This document shows positions 10,452-19,288 of a DNA stretch of 64,000 nucleotides, piece by piece; position 1 is the stretch's first letter; each line of letters starts with the position of its first letter. The stretch covers positions 416,001 to 480,000 of the forward strand of contig CAVQJC010000020.1 of assembly GCA_963712745.1 (NCBI GenBank), written 5' to 3'. The position numbers were made by a program, and so were the translations under genes. The notes beneath the pieces were generated by a model. That model was not told the DNA's origin. It saw only the letters and a list, made by a program, of their open reading frames with translations, and made no database searches. This DNA comes from an uncultured Chloroflexia bacterium (GTDB lineage Bacteria; Chloroflexota; Limnocylindria; Limnocylindrales; CSP1-4).

Positions 10452-10982
10452 TGACAAGGGTCGACTCCGCATTCATGGCGATCGAGGGAATGAGCTCGGT
10501 ATCGAACATCATCTTGATGATGGGGTCGTAGGAGTAGTATGCGTATACGGTCACGTAGTTGCCGCGGTAGTTGTCGCCCTGGACGACGCTCGTGTCGCCC
10601 GGTCGATCGGGCAACGAGGTGCTCAGCGCCGCGGTCCACATCGGCGTGGGCACGGTCAGGTCGCCGAGGCCGGCGATGCCGACGGCCGCGTTCTGAACTG
10701 CCGCGATGACGCCCTCGCCCGCGACGGTCTCACACGGATTGGTCGCGCCCTCGGGCATCGGGCCCTGGGGCAGCTCGATTGCGCACCATGGACGATGGCG
10801 TACCGTGCGCCCTCGCGGGTGGCGTTGTTCAGCGTCTCGAGGTTCAGCACGAAGCGTCCGGCCTCGAAGATGCCCACGAGCAGGATGAAGAGCAGCGGGG
10901 CCACGATGGCGAACTCGACAAGGGCCTGGCCGCGTGAGCGAGCGGACGCGGGGCTTGCGGACGGCAGCAGATGCGGTTTCAC
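10441..10982 (-). CDS. TadE-like minor pilin, frameshift near 10770
   Basis: [13 protein letters not shown]...NNATREGARYAIVHG, joined to the C-terminal ORF 10441-10758. Confidence 0.8.
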
Positions 10983-11611
10983 GTCGGGTCCACCGAGAAG
11001 TCGGAGATGGCGAAGATGGAAGAGCGGGTGAATGTCACATCCTGGGGCAGGCCCAGGCGCGCGCCACCGATGTCCACGCCGAGCGGCAGGATCACATCGA
11101 ACGTGTAGGTCAGGTCCACCTTGACACGGCAGGGCCCAAGGTCCACCTCGCCGGCCTTGCGCACAGCCTGGTCGCAGTTCGTCTTGAGCGTGCCATCGGC
11201 CGCGATGGCTGAGTTGCCGTTCTCATCGATGAGGTCGATGGAGATGGCGGGGTTCGTGCACTCTGTCGTCGTACCCACGAAATCGGTCAGGTTCCGACTG
11301 GCGATGCAGGCACGTGCCTTCATGCCCGCCTCGGTCTTGAAGCGCGCCGAGTCACCGTCGGCCAGGTTGCCAGACCAGTTGCTCGATTGCCAGGCTCCGT
11401 AGTCGGCCGCCTCGCGGGCCGCGAATTCGACGGCCATCATCGAGGTGAACACCCTGGAGAAGTCCAGGATCGCGACGAGCATGAACGCGAGGATGGGCAG
11501 GATCAGCGCGAACTCGGCGAGGGCCTGACCGTTCCGACGCTCATGCTCGCGTACTGGCCAGGGCGATCGGGCGGGGCCGTTTGGGCGTAGCCTCAGCCGC
11601 AGTGCAGCGAT
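10979..11611 (-). CDS. TadE-like minor pilin (start probably non-canonical ATC at 11611)
   Basis: Frame upstream of ORF 10979-11482 reads ERRNGQALAEFALILPILAFMLVAILDFS...AAREAADYG; GAGGGGG SD 7 nt before an in-frame ATC. Confidence 0.78.
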   Translation of the reverse strand: MAALRLRLRPNGPARSPWPVREHERRNGQALAEFALILPILAFMLVAILDFSRVFTSMMAVEFAAREAADYGAWQSSNWSGNLADGDSARFKTEAGMKARACIASRNLTDFVGTTTECTNPAISIDLIDENGNSAIAADGTLKTNCDQAVRKAGEVDLGPCRVKVDLTYTFDVILPLGVDIGGARLGLPQDVTFTRSSIFAISDFSVDPT

Positions 11612-11772
11612 ACTCGCACCCCCTCGGTATCGCTCGGAGCCGGAGGGTCGCCCCGGGCGTACTAGTACGTTGTGGCTATTTCACCACCGGACCAGCGTAC
11701 TACTGGGGAGCGCAACGAAGATGGCACCGCCACCGAAGGTGGTGCCTTCTGACACAGCCGAGACGGACCGCG

Positions 11773-12867
11773 TCAGCGGCGGAGCTGGACCTCGCCGGTG
11801 ACATCGATCTTGAACGCGCCGCCCGGTCCCTTGCAGTACTTCTGACCGTCGACGGCACACCAGGGCGCCTCGACGCTGGCGCCCTTCAGCCACTTGGCGT
11901 GCTGCGAACCGTCCTCGTCGATGAACACGATGGCCCCGAAGCCGACGATGTCGTAGTAGGCCTTGGAACCGGTGCCCTGCAGACCGCCGGTGTAGATGGG
12001 CACCCACACGGGCAGCTCGTTGTCGATGTAGAAGCTGAGGTCAGCCCATTCGTTCCCGGTGAGCGCCCCGATCTTGTTCTCGTTGGTCTCGCCGTTGGGA
12101 CCAGGCTCGTCGACCGGACCGCAGCAACCGTGGTCTTCGGAGGGCGGCCCGATCAGCGAGTCGAGGAACGGCTGGTTGACCTCGCAGCCGCTGTTCGGGT
12201 CCATGCGCAGGCTGTAGGACCAGTCGCACTTGCCGCCGCTCCCGTTAAGCCCGAACGAGAGCCAGCCGAAGGAGCCGGGTCCGATCTGGTGGCCCGGTGT
12301 CAGTGGCTGGCGGATGCAGCTGTGGAGCACCTTGGGGTCGCAGCTCGCCAGGGCATTGAAGAAGACGTCCTCGATGCCGATGGGCAGGACACCGCCGCCC
12401 TTGCTCTGGCCTGGTGTCATGGCCGTGGCCGACGCGCCAGCGACCCAATCGGCGACACCGATGATGCCCAGCAGGAACGGCTCCCAGTCGGCCTTCGCCT
12501 TCACGACGACACCGAAGGCAGCGTCAGGGATGCGGGAGGCGCCGACGACGGGCCCGAGCGCAGCCCCGGTCTCGTCCACGTACTCGGCCTCCACGAGGGT
12601 GGCGTCGTTGGCAGCCAGAGTGGTGAGGATGGCGTTCTCGACGTTGCCTGCCGTGCCCGTTCCGAAGGGCCGGCCGGTGAGCGACTGGCCGATGATGCGG
12701 GTGCCGGCCATGGCCGCGAAATCGGCCGCGTTCTGGGCCTGTCGACGCTGGGCGTAGGCGTATCCGCCATCGACCACGACGGCGGCACCAAGCACGATAG
12801 CGGTGAGGGCCAGCGCGAAGAGGGTGAGTGCCTGGCCACGCTGTGGGTCGCGGTAGGCTGCCTGCAT
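11773..12867 (-). CDS. TadG-like (Tad domain) minor pilin, Cys-rich C-terminus
   Basis: RGQALTLFALAL...VVDGGYAYAQRRQAQNAADFAAMAG; intact 364-aa ORF. Confidence 0.88.
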   Translation of the reverse strand: MQAAYRDPQRGQALTLFALALTAIVLGAAVVVDGGYAYAQRRQAQNAADFAAMAGTRIIGQSLTGRPFGTGTAGNVENAILTTLAANDATLVEAEYVDETGAALGPVVGASRIPDAAFGVVVKAKADWEPFLLGIIGVADWVAGASATAMTPGQSKGGGVLPIGIEDVFFNALASCDPKVLHSCIRQPLTPGHQIGPGSFGWLSFGLNGSGGKCDWSYSLRMDPNSGCEVNQPFLDSLIGPPSEDHGCCGPVDEPGPNGETNENKIGALTGNEWADLSFYIDNELPVWVPIYTGGLQGTGSKAYYDIVGFGAIVFIDEDGSQHAKWLKGASVEAPWCAVDGQKYCKGPGGAFKIDVTGEVQLRR

Positions 12868-12877
12868 GGCTGGACTC

Positions 12878-13463
12878 CTAGTTGATGATCATCGTGGCGG
12901 ACGCACTCAGGGGCACCGTCCCGATGAATGTCTGCAGCAAGGGCGTGAAGGTCTGGTAGTCGTACTCGACCCGTACCGACACGACGTCGCCGGTGGAGCC
13001 GAGCGCGTTGCCCAGCCCATCCGCGCAGCGGTTGCCGTCACCATCGATATCGTCCGTCCACGCGCCATCCGGAGTCGGGTCGTACAGGCTGTCCTCGTTG
13101 CAGCTGACATATACGTCGGAGATCGGACCCAGCCCGACCGTCATGCCGTTGACCGCGCTCTCGATATGTGACTTGAAGGCGTTCACGTCGGTGGGGCAGA
13201 CATGCGCCCCGGGGCGTGAGGTCGTGATCTGGCTCTCGTCGGGGACGCAGGCGGGTGCCGAGATCGACGATCCAACTGGCCTCGGCCGCCGCCACCCGGG
13301 CGCCCTCGCGCGCCGCCTGCGAGATGGTGGCGTTGGTGTACACCAGGCGACCGATGTCGAAGAGCCCGAAGATGATCAGCAGGAAGACGGGCATTACCAC
13401 AGCGAACTCGACGAGCGTCTGGCCTTGCTGGTCCGCGCCTCGGTCCAGCCGCAGCACCGACAT
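12878..13463 (-). CDS. TadE-like minor pilin, frameshift near 13270
   Basis: QGQTLVEFAVVMP...QAAREGARVAA, joined to ORF 12878-13186 (GDVVSVRVEYDYQTFTPLL). Confidence 0.8.
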
Positions 13464-14389
13464 CAGTTGTTGCTCACGATCATGTTCGACGAACAGAGCA
13501 CGCTGGTACCGGCGGGGAGCGTCTGGTTCTGGATCTTCTTGTTGTCGCTGTTGTTGGTCAAGGTGCCCGTGAAGCCGGCATCGACGTGCCAGATCGTGAG
13601 GGCATCGATGTCATTCCAGTACGTGTGGTAGTAGTCGGGAACCACGCAGGTCGGCGGCGGCGTGGGCGTGGGGGTCGGTGTCGGCGTCGGTGTCGGCGTC
13701 GGGGTGGGTGATGGCGACGGAGTCGGGTCGTCGTCATCCGGGGTCGCTGTGGGAGTCGCGGTCGGCGTTGGCGTCGGAGTGGGGGTGGGGGTCGGGGTCG
13801 GCGAGGCGATGGGCACGGGCGTGGCGGCGGACAGGATGGTCACATCCGGGGGATTGAGGACGGGCCCGGTGGCGGAGGCCGTCAGCGTGACCTGACCACC
13901 GAAGAGGTCACCCACGATGGGCGTCAGGAACGAGAAAGGCTGGCTCACCTCCACGCTGACCTGGTTACCGATGCCCACCGCGAAGTCCGCGGCCTTGTCG
14001 CAGTCGATGGCCTTGGAGGCGGCCGGTGACCAGCAGGCAGGTGCGTTGACCAGGAGCGTTCCCTCACCACCCTGCAGCTGGACGTTGGCCTCACGCTCGG
14101 CGGCCGCAGCCGCCGCGGCCTCGAAGGCATCGACATCGAAGGTGGAATCGGATGCGTGCACGCTGGCGTAGTAGGTGGCCTCGCGCGCCGCGTTGTTGAC
14201 GGCGATGTAGGTGAAGAAGAGACGCCCGAAGTCGACGGCCAGCAGCAGCAGCACGAGCATCACCGGTAGCACGAGGGCGAACTCCACGAGCGCCTGCCCC
14301 GGAGCACCCTGGCCTCGAGACGGTGAGGCCGATTTCGGACCTCTTGGGGTATGACCAGAAGGCAGTCTCAACGATCGACTCCACAGCAC
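13463..14389 (-). CDS. TadE-like minor pilin with Pro/Thr linker and small Cys-bounded C-terminal domain
   Basis: [12 protein letters not shown]...[11 protein letters not shown]; (PT)n linker; CVVPD...[13 protein letters not shown]. Confidence 0.88.
   Translation of the reverse strand: MLWSRSLRLPSGHTPRGPKSASPSRGQGAPGQALVEFALVLPVMLVLLLLAVDFGRLFFTYIAVNNAAREATYYASVHASDSTFDVDAFEAAAAAAAEREANVQLQGGEGTLLVNAPACWSPAASKAIDCDKAADFAVGIGNQVSVEVSQPFSFLTPIVGDLFGGQVTLTASATGPVLNPPDVTILSAATPVPIASPTPTPTPTPTPTPTATPTATPDDDDPTPSPSPTPTPTPTPTPTPTPTPPPTCVVPDYYHTYWNDIDALTIWHVDAGFTGTLTNNSDNKKIQNQTLPAGTSVLCSSNMIVSNN
13660..13805 (-). repeat. Low-complexity Pro-Thr coding repeat
   Basis: Degenerate hexamer repeats encoding PTPTPT...[14 protein letters not shown]. 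Confidence 0.9.
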
Positions 14390-14613
14390 GAGTTCGATAC
14401 ACCCACCGATGCTCGGAGTCGCAGGCTGGGTGACCGTATGCCGCTGATGCTATGGGGCTCACGAGAGGATGGCGCCCGTGAATTACGGTCCACCGCTCCC
14501 CGTACTTGTGCCGACCCGGACACGCCCAGAGTCCATCGCACCGCACCAGAGTCCACCCATCCCGGCAGGCGCGGATAGGCGACGCGCTTGGCGGCCGCAG
14601 CGATGATGCCGGT

Positions 14614-15198
14614 TCAGCGGTCCTCGTAACGCAAGCCGGCCGCGACCCGCTCGGCCGTCTCGGCCACGCGTACGGCGCGCGTGGACTCACGCTTGGCCGT
14701 GACGACCCACAGCAGATAGGCGCGCTTGGCGGTCGGCGCGAACCGCTCCCACTGCGTCCAGGTCTCCGCCCGCTCGCTGAACGCCGCCGCCAGATCGTGG
14801 GGCACGATGAGCGCTTCCACCGGTTCGAGGGTGCTCCAGGACCCATCGGCCTTGGCGGCGGTAATCGCGGCCCGGCCGGCCTCGGTCATGCGGCCCTCGG
14901 CCTCCAGGCGCTCCACGCGCGCCTTGTTCGTGCGCGCCCACAGGCTGCCCTTGCGGCGCGGCGACCACCAGAGCATGCCGCGCTCGTCATCAAGACTGCG
15001 GTAGGTGCTGTCGATCCAGCCGAAGCAGAGCGCCTCGCAGACCGCCTCCTCGTAGGCGATGGCCGGCTTGCCGGTGCGCGGCTTGTACGAGACCAGCCAC
15101 ACACCCTCACGCCGGCCGTGATGCTCGAGGAGCCAATCGTGCCACTCGGCCGCAGTGGAGAGGTGGAGCCGCTCGGCCTCGTCCATGACGGTGCCCAT
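14614..15198 (-). CDS. YdeI/OmpD-associated family protein
   Basis: WHDWL.EHH...GVWL, EALCFGWIDS, WSPRRKGSLWARTNK, C-terminal AKRESTR. Confidence 0.88.
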   Translation of the reverse strand: MGTVMDEAERLHLSTAAEWHDWLLEHHGRREGVWLVSYKPRTGKPAIAYEEAVCEALCFGWIDSTYRSLDDERGMLWWSPRRKGSLWARTNKARVERLEAEGRMTEAGRAAITAAKADGSWSTLEPVEALIVPHDLAAAFSERAETWTQWERFAPTAKRAYLLWVVTAKRESTRAVRVAETAERVAAGLRYEDR

Positions 15199-15202
15199 GC
15201 GC

Positions 15203-16026
15203 TCAGCCGCCGGTCGGGGCCGCCACCGCGCGTCCCTCGCCCCACACCTCCGGCCCACAGATGAACGTCTCCGTCTCCGGTCGGGTGCGTGAGGCCCAGT
15301 CGTCGAGATCGGCGGCGGAGGCCGGCAGGCGGCCGTCGAGCAGGGCCAGTTCGATCCACTCGGCCACGTCGGACAGGCGCTCCCAGGGTTCGTAGGCGAT
15401 GTTCTCGACCTCGCACCAGCCGGCCAGCGAACTCTTGGCGAAGATGATGTCGGCGTGATGGGCAGCGTAGCGGTCACTGGGACCGTCGCCTACGAACACC
15501 ACGGCCCGCCCGGCGTCGCGGTGCACGCGGATCCGCTCCCGCTTGCAGGTGCCACAGACGAGGCAGGCGGGGTGCCCGTAGGGGAAGCTCACGCCAGCCC
15601 CACCCTCTCCCAGGACGGAGGCGTTGGTGGCGATGGGCAGGTCGGGCACCGGCAGCCGTGACGAGCATCCGCCCGACGTGGAATCCGACGCCGTCGCTGA
15701 CGACCTCGATCGCCCCGCCGGCAGCGCGGACGACCGCGACCAGCTCCGAGAGGCTCTCATCGAGCGCCAAGGCGTCGACCTCGCTGCAGCAGCAGCTGCG
15801 GATCGCGCGGCAACACCTCCATGTCCCAGCTGATGAGCTCGCGCGAGCCCTTGCTGCCATCGACGTAGAGCTCGTCCATGTGGCGCACCAGCGCCTGGTC
15901 CTCGACGAGCTTCTGGAGCAGGGCGTCGCCCACGTCCTGGAGGCTGATGGTGCCGTCGAAATCGAGCAGCACGCTGAGCGGTGCGCCGGCGGCGTCGAAC
16001 GCGGGCTGCTGGGAAGCGTGGCTCAT
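15203..16026 (-). CDS. HAD-IB phosphatase (MtnX-like), two frameshifts
   Basis: DFDGTIS motif I, CxxCGxCK, FVGDGPSD...ADIIFAK distributed over three frames. Confidence 0.8.
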
Positions 16027-16087
16027 GTGGCTCCCGACACGACGAAGCCGGGCCGCCCGGCCCGGCTCACCGTTGACGTGGCAGAGG

Positions 16088-16249
16088 CTAGACGCCGGCC
16101 TCCTGCTCCAGCTCGAGCGCTTCCTCGTCTGCCTCCTCGGTCAGCTTCAACCAGATGAAGAGTCCGGCCAGGATGACCAGTGGCACGATGACGGCCGCGG
16201 CGATGAGCACGCCGAGCACCGCTCCGATGAACTTGATGATGCTGCCCAT
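16088..16249 (-). CDS. Small single-pass membrane protein with acidic tail (53 aa)
   Basis: GGAGGT SD, MGSIIKFIGAVLGVLIAAAVIVPLVILAGLFIWLK, high GC3. Confidence 0.65.
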   Translation of the reverse strand: MGSIIKFIGAVLGVLIAAAVIVPLVILAGLFIWLKLTEEADEEALELEQEAGV

Positions 16250-16414
16250 GGATCGACCTCCTCGAACGGCACGCCCTCCTCGTGCTGGCCGTGCCCGTGT
16301 GCGCTGTTCGTGTCCCCTGACGATGGCACGGGTGCCCGCATCGTGCAAGTGCCGTTCGGGTGCCCGATGGGATCGAGACCGGCGGCCCGCCGCCGGAGCG
16401 GCCGTGGCTGCGGG

Positions 16415-16955
16415 CTAGGCGGGCGACTGCGGAGGGGCAGCCGGGGCTGTGGGCGCGTCCTCACCGCGCAGGCCGGGGCCCTGGCGGACCATGCCCTCCA
16501 GGTCGTCGGACGTGAACTCGGCGAGCTGGTGCTTGCTGCCCTGGCGGGTGTTCATCAGCAGGCGCAGGACGTAGGCACCGTCCTGCTCGAAGAAGAACAC
16601 GTCCTTGGGCTTCTGGTCGTCGATGTAGCGGCCGATGACTCGCATCGTGCGCTCGTAGGGACCGGCCATGCGGCGAGCCATCGTTCTGGGGGCCGTTGCG
16701 ACGGCGGGCCTGCGAGTCCTCGAGGAAACGAGCGATGTCCTCGTCAAGGAACGTGTAGGTCTCCTTGGTGATGGTCATCGTCGGGTCGGACCACGCGGAT
16801 GAGTCCAGCGTCGTGCCCACGATGCCCTGGACGATGAAACCGTCGGGTGCTTCCGCCAGCAGGATCTCGTGCAGGCCGCGCTGGTCGATGAAGGCGCCGA
16901 TCGAACGCAAGACCTCCTCATAGTCCTGGCGCGGACTGCCTTCGTAGATACGCAT
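16415..16955 (-). CDS. Hypothetical protein with an internally duplicated domain, frameshift near 16690
   Basis: YEEVLRSIGAFIDQ and YERTMRVIGRYIDD repeats; SD GGAGG before ATG 16955. Confidence 0.68.
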
Positions 16956-17121
16956 CGAGGGCCTCCGTGGATCTCCCCAAGTCTTCGATTTCGAGTCCCA
17001 ATCGAGAGCGCAGGCGCACGGCACCCGAGGAACGGATGGCCTGACGATAGACCGGTGGCTCGCCGATGGCAATGAACGACCGGCGGTCGGGTACCGGTAC
17101 TGAGGTCCGGGTAGGCTGGAG

Positions 17122-18040
17122 CTACCCGTATGCAGCGAGGGCCACGGCGATCCGTCCGGCCAGCGCCGCGTCCCGCCGGATGATCTCAAGGTTGGCGCGC
17201 ACGCTGCGCCCCTCGGTGATCTCAGCCACGCGCGCCAGCACGTACGGCGTGCTGGCCGGTCCGTGGATGCCGGCCGCGTGCGCATCTGCCTCCGCCTGCT
17301 CCACGGCTGCCGCGACCTCCGCGGCCGGCAGGGCGACATCCGCGGGCAGCGGCAGCGTCACGAGCACACCCGTGTCCAGGCCCAGGCGGCGCTGGTTGTC
17401 GATGAGGGCGGCGGCCGCGGCCGCGTCATCGACCCGCAGGGGAGCCCGATGGCCGCTGCTGCGGCTGTAGAACCCCGCCACCTCGTCGCTGCCGAAGGCG
17501 ACCACGGGCACGCCCCTGCGTCTCGAGGGCCTCGAGCGTGCGACCCACGTCGAGGATGGACTTGGGACCCGCGCACACGACTGCGACCGGCGTGCGGCCC
17601 AGCTCGCCGAGATCGGCACTGATGTCCATCGACGACTCTCCTCCCCGGTGCACGCCGCCGATGCCGCCGGTAGCGAAGACGCCGATGCCGGCCCGGTGGG
17701 CAGCGATCATGGTGGCCGACACGGTGGTGCCACCCCAGCCCGGATGCGCCAGCACGCCGGCCAGGTTCTGGCGCGAGACCTTGGGGATGTTCTCGGCTTC
17801 GGCCAGCTGGGCAAGGTCATGGTCGTCGAGACCGATGAGGATGCGGCCGTCATGGGTCGCGACCGTGGCCGGTACGGCACCGGACTCGCGCACGGCCTGC
17901 TCCGCCCTGCGGGCAGCCAAGAGATTGTCGGGGCGCGGCAGACCGTGGGTCGTGATGGTCGATTCGAGGGCCACCACGGCACGTCCTTCGTCCAGCGCAG
18001 CCCGGACCTCGGGCTGGAAGCGGAGCAGCTCGTCGTTCAT
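17122..18040 (-). CDS. psuG: Pseudouridine-5'-phosphate glycosidase, frameshift near 17515
   Basis: VVALESTITTHGLP, TTVSATM, FATGGIGGVHRG, DISADL, KSILDV, TPYVLARV. Confidence 0.9.
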
Positions 18041-18064
18041 CGAAGCAAGCCTAGCCCGTGCCAC

Positions 18065-19009
18065 TCAGCCGAGCCGCAGCTCGGGACGGCCGCGGCGGAG
18101 CGCCTCGCCGGCGGCGCGGTGGCCGGCCATGGCCGCCCGTCGCAGCGCGACCACACTGCCCGTAGCCTCACGCCCACCAGAGCGCAGCAGGGAGTAGAGG
18201 AACCCCGCCGCGAAGGCATCGCCTGCACCGGTCGTGTCGATCCGCTGGCCCACGCGGGTGGCCGCCACGTCCACCTGGCGGGTGGCGCCACCGTCTTGCC
18301 ACAGGACGCGGCAGCCCCAGACGCCGTCCTTGACTACGGCCAGCGGCGCCTGGCCGAGCAGCCTGGCCCACGAGCGGCGACCGTTGCGGCGGAGCAGTGC
18401 GGCGGCCTCGTCCCGGTTGGCGAAGAGGATCCGGGGTTGAAGGTCGGCGATGCGCGCACGCGACCGGCGCACGCCGTAGGTCAGCAGCGGGCCTTGCGAG
18501 GAGAGGTCGGAGCTGATGAGCGCTCCGGCCTCGCGGGCCAGCCTCGACGCCTCCACCGCGGCTTCCCCGATGGGCTCCGCGAAGAGCGAGTAGGCCGGCA
18601 CGTGCAGCACGTCGGCGCGGCCGAACCAGGATGCCTCGAGCTCGGCCGCGGTGAGCAGGTCGGCGGCCCCGCGCTCGGTCACGAACGAGCGCTCGCCCCG
18701 ATCATCGATGAAGGCCGCGAGGCGGCCGCTGGGGCCGGGGTGGCGGGCAGCGTGCACCTGCACCCCGTCGGCGCGCAGCGAGGCGAGCAGGCGGCTGGCC
18801 CAGGTGTCATCGCCCAGGCTGGTGACGAGGGCAGCGGACCCGCCCGCGCGCACGAACGCCGCGGCCGTGTTGGCTGCCGAGCCGCCACGCCGAAAGGCCA
18901 GCGTGCCGGGCACGTCGGTGCCCCGCTCGAGCGGGCGCTCGGGAGAGACGACCACGTCCAGCAGAAGGTCGCCGAGGGCCACGAGTCGGGGTCGCTGGGA
19001 CGGGCTCAC
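18065..19009 (-). CDS. PfkB-family carbohydrate kinase (probable pseudouridine kinase)
   Basis: GGSAANTA and DTTGAGDAFAAGFL PfkB signatures; directly upstream of psuG. Confidence 0.88.
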   Translation of the reverse strand: MSPSQRPRLVALGDLLLDVVVSPERPLERGTDVPGTLAFRRGGSAANTAAAFVRAGGSAALVTSLGDDTWASRLLASLRADGVQVHAARHPGPSGRLAAFIDDRGERSFVTERGAADLLTAAELEASWFGRADVLHVPAYSLFAEPIGEAAVEASRLAREAGALISSDLSSQGPLLTYGVRRSRARIADLQPRILFANRDEAAALLRRNGRRSWARLLGQAPLAVVKDGVWGCRVLWQDGGATRQVDVAATRVGQRIDTTGAGDAFAAGFLYSLLRSGGREATGSVVALRRAAMAGHRAAGEALRRGRPELRLG

Positions 19010-19062
19010 AGGCGCGCAGCATACGCGCCCCGCTGGCGGAACGGCCGCGCGCAGGCGCCATC

Positions 19063-19110
19063 TCTGGCCACGCCCCCGGTCATCTGGCCACGCCCCCGGT
19101 CATCTGGCCA
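19063..19110. repeat. 20-bp tandem repeat, about 2.4 copies, in divergent intergenic region
   Basis: TCTGGCCACGCCCCCGGTCA x2 plus TCTGGCCA. Confidence 0.9.
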
Positions 19111-19288
19111 AGCCTGGTGCAGATGTGTTCGCGTCGTGGGTTGCGGCAGGGTCCGGTCGGCGGTGCTCGCCAGTAGAATAGGGTCAGACCCCACCTGAGC
19201 CCAGCCCGACGGCTACGCCCGTTCGGACCCACGTCAGACCCGCGCGGCCGACCCGCTGCCCGGTCCTGAGCTTCGAGGAGCACGATCT

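Noticed and set aside
13660-13805. Short-period repeats as a possible CRISPR or VNTR
   Set aside because: Degenerate codons for a Pro/Thr linker; no repeat-spacer structure and no cas genes.
2212-14389. Diversity-generating retroelement or shufflon acting on the pilin tips
   Set aside because: No reverse transcriptase, site-specific invertase, template/variable repeat pair or repeated crossover sites were seen in the window.
15203-18040. Programmed frameshifting or true pseudogenes in the HAD phosphatase, psuG, ALDH and aminotransferase genes
   Set aside because: No slippery heptamers were noticed, and both halves retain conserved motifs and codon bias. Sequencing indels are more parsimonious.
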